A model generated the notes under the pieces. The model was given only the letters and a program-made list of their open reading frames with translations, made no database searches and had not been told where the DNA came from. From the NCBI GenBank assembly GCA_024709145.1, contig JANJXG010000006.1:38550-102549 (forward strand): a DNA stretch of 64,000 nucleotides. Direction: 5' to 3'. Numbering within the stretch: position 1 is the stretch's first letter; each line of letters begins with the position of its first letter. Made by a program: the position numbers and the translations under genes. Shown here piece by piece: positions 63,041 through 64,000 of this stretch. Origin of the DNA: Bacteroidales bacterium (GTDB lineage Bacteria; Bacteroidota; Bacteroidia; Bacteroidales; F082).

Positions 63041-64000
63041 CTACGAAAGAAATCCAAGCAAAATCCCTGCAGCAACCGCGCTGCCGATCACGCCGGCTAC
63101 ATTTGGGCCCATGGCATGCATGAGTAAATGATTTGTTTTATCGTATTGAAGTCCGACTACCTGTGATACACGCGCACTGTCGGGTACGGCTGAAACGCCT
63201 GCATTTCCGATCAGCGGATTTAATTTATTTCCTTCCTTCAAAAACAAATTGAGAAATTTGACAAATAAGACACCACCGGTTGTTGCAATTACAAATGATG
63301 CTGCACCCAATACAAATATCCCAACCGATTTCAGGGTGAGGAAAGTTGTGGCTTGGGTGGATGCACCAACAGTGATGCCGATCAAAATTGTTACGATATC
63401 AATTAAAGGCCCCTTTGCGGTATCAGCCAAACGCTTGGTAACAGTACTTTCTTTGAGCAGATTGCCAAAAAACAACATACCTAGCAAAGAAAGGGCTGAA
63501 GGTACAATGAAAGCAGTAAGCAGCAAACCAATAATGGGAAACATAATCTTTTCGGTTTTTGAAACGGCTCTGGGAGGTTTCATTCTAATCAACCTTTCCT
63601 TGTTGCTAGTCAACAACTTCATCACTGGAGGTTGAATCACAGGAACAAGGGCCATGTAGGAATAGGCAGAAATTGCAATAGCACCCAACAAATCAGGAGC
63701 CAGTTTTGAACTCAAAAAGATAGCCGTAGGGCCGTCTGCACCGCCTATAATACCAATAGCTCCAGCTTCCGAAGGACTGAAACCAAGTAGCAAAGCGATA
63801 GCATAAGCGCCAAAAATTCCAAGCTGCGCTGCTGCACCAATTAACATAAGTTTGGGATTACTGATAAGTGCAGAGAAGTCGGTCATAGCGCCGATACCAA
63901 GAAAAATCAACGGAGGATACACACCTTGTAAAACACCAAAATAGAGGTAGTTGAAGACACTTCCGGTTTCATAAATGCCAATTTGAAATCCTGGTTTAAA
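63041..64000 (-). CDS. Na+-translocating decarboxylase beta subunit (OadB/MmdB/GcdB family), C-terminal ~320 aa; 5' end off the window
   Basis: PPLIFLGIGAMTDF...GIIGGADGPT...NAGVSAVPDSARV are family motifs. The track starts at a GTG (63922), but the frame stays open to base 64000 (FKPGFQIGIYETGSVFNYLYFGVLQG...), so the gene is truncated by the window edge. Confidence 0.85.
   Translation of the reverse strand, partial: FKPGFQIGIYETGSVFNYLYFGVLQGVYPPLIFLGIGAMTDFSALISNPKLMLIGAAAQLGIFGAYAIALLLGFSPSEAGAIGIIGGADGPTAIFLSSKLAPDLLGAIAISAYSYMALVPVIQPPVMKLLTSNKERLIRMKPPRAVSKTEKIMFPIIGLLLTAFIVPSALSLLGMLFFGNLLKESTVTKRLADTAKGPLIDIVTILIGITVGASTQATTFLTLKSVGIFVLGAASFVIATTGGVLFVKFLNLFLKEGNKLNPLIGNAGVSAVPDSARVSQVVGLQYDKTNHLLMHAMGPNVAGVIGSAVAAGILLGFLS

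Noticed and set aside
1-64000. Search for tRNA/rRNA genes, CRISPR arrays, transposases/integrases, toxin-antitoxin or known defence-system genes
   Set aside because: None found. All intergenic gaps longer than 90 bp were read by eye and lack tRNA-like GC-rich cloverleaf segments or spaced direct repeats. No ORF shows recombinase, nuclease-helicase or other defence hallmarks. Sensitivity by eye is limited.

Overview
This looks like a Bacteroidota chromosomal segment. The evidence is type A and type B T9SS C-terminal sorting domains, a SusC-type receptor and TAnnTTTG -7 promoter boxes 15-45 nt upstream of many start codons. It holds about 40 genes. I found no rRNA, tRNA, CRISPR, transposase or integrase genes, and no recognisable defence genes. 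Left to right: (1) a partial SusC-like receptor. (2) A Phe/Tyr homogentisate catabolic set: long-form phhA, then hmgA-hppD-fahA plus a flavin-reductase-like gene. It is split by two tandem 1,470-1,520 aa gingipain-family (C25) T9SS proteases. (3) An OYE ene-reductase co-transcribed with a ceramidase-like 7TM hydrolase, then GT9 heptosyltransferase, tsaC, a fused E1 alpha/beta dehydrogenase and an S41 peptidase. (4) A translationally coupled surface module: a 2,747 aa SprB-like adhesin with a type B CTD, a multidomain OmpA/SPOR protein, and PorP/SprF. (5) Housekeeping genes: a DHOD-like gene, mutS2, ade, a methyltransferase, MFS, ROK, tsaB, udk and oadB-like. Interleaved with these are an ArsR regulator with a palindromic operator, a TonB receptor paired with a small His-rich membrane protein, a T9SS M1 aminopeptidase operon and a TolC/adaptor pair. 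No obviously new multi-gene system stands out. The best leads are the strictly periodic adhesin with its coupled OmpA/PorP partners, the homogentisate operon that lacks an isomerase but is flanked by flavoenzymes, and the HSH-motif protein/receptor pair. All family calls come from motif recognition by eye, not from searches.
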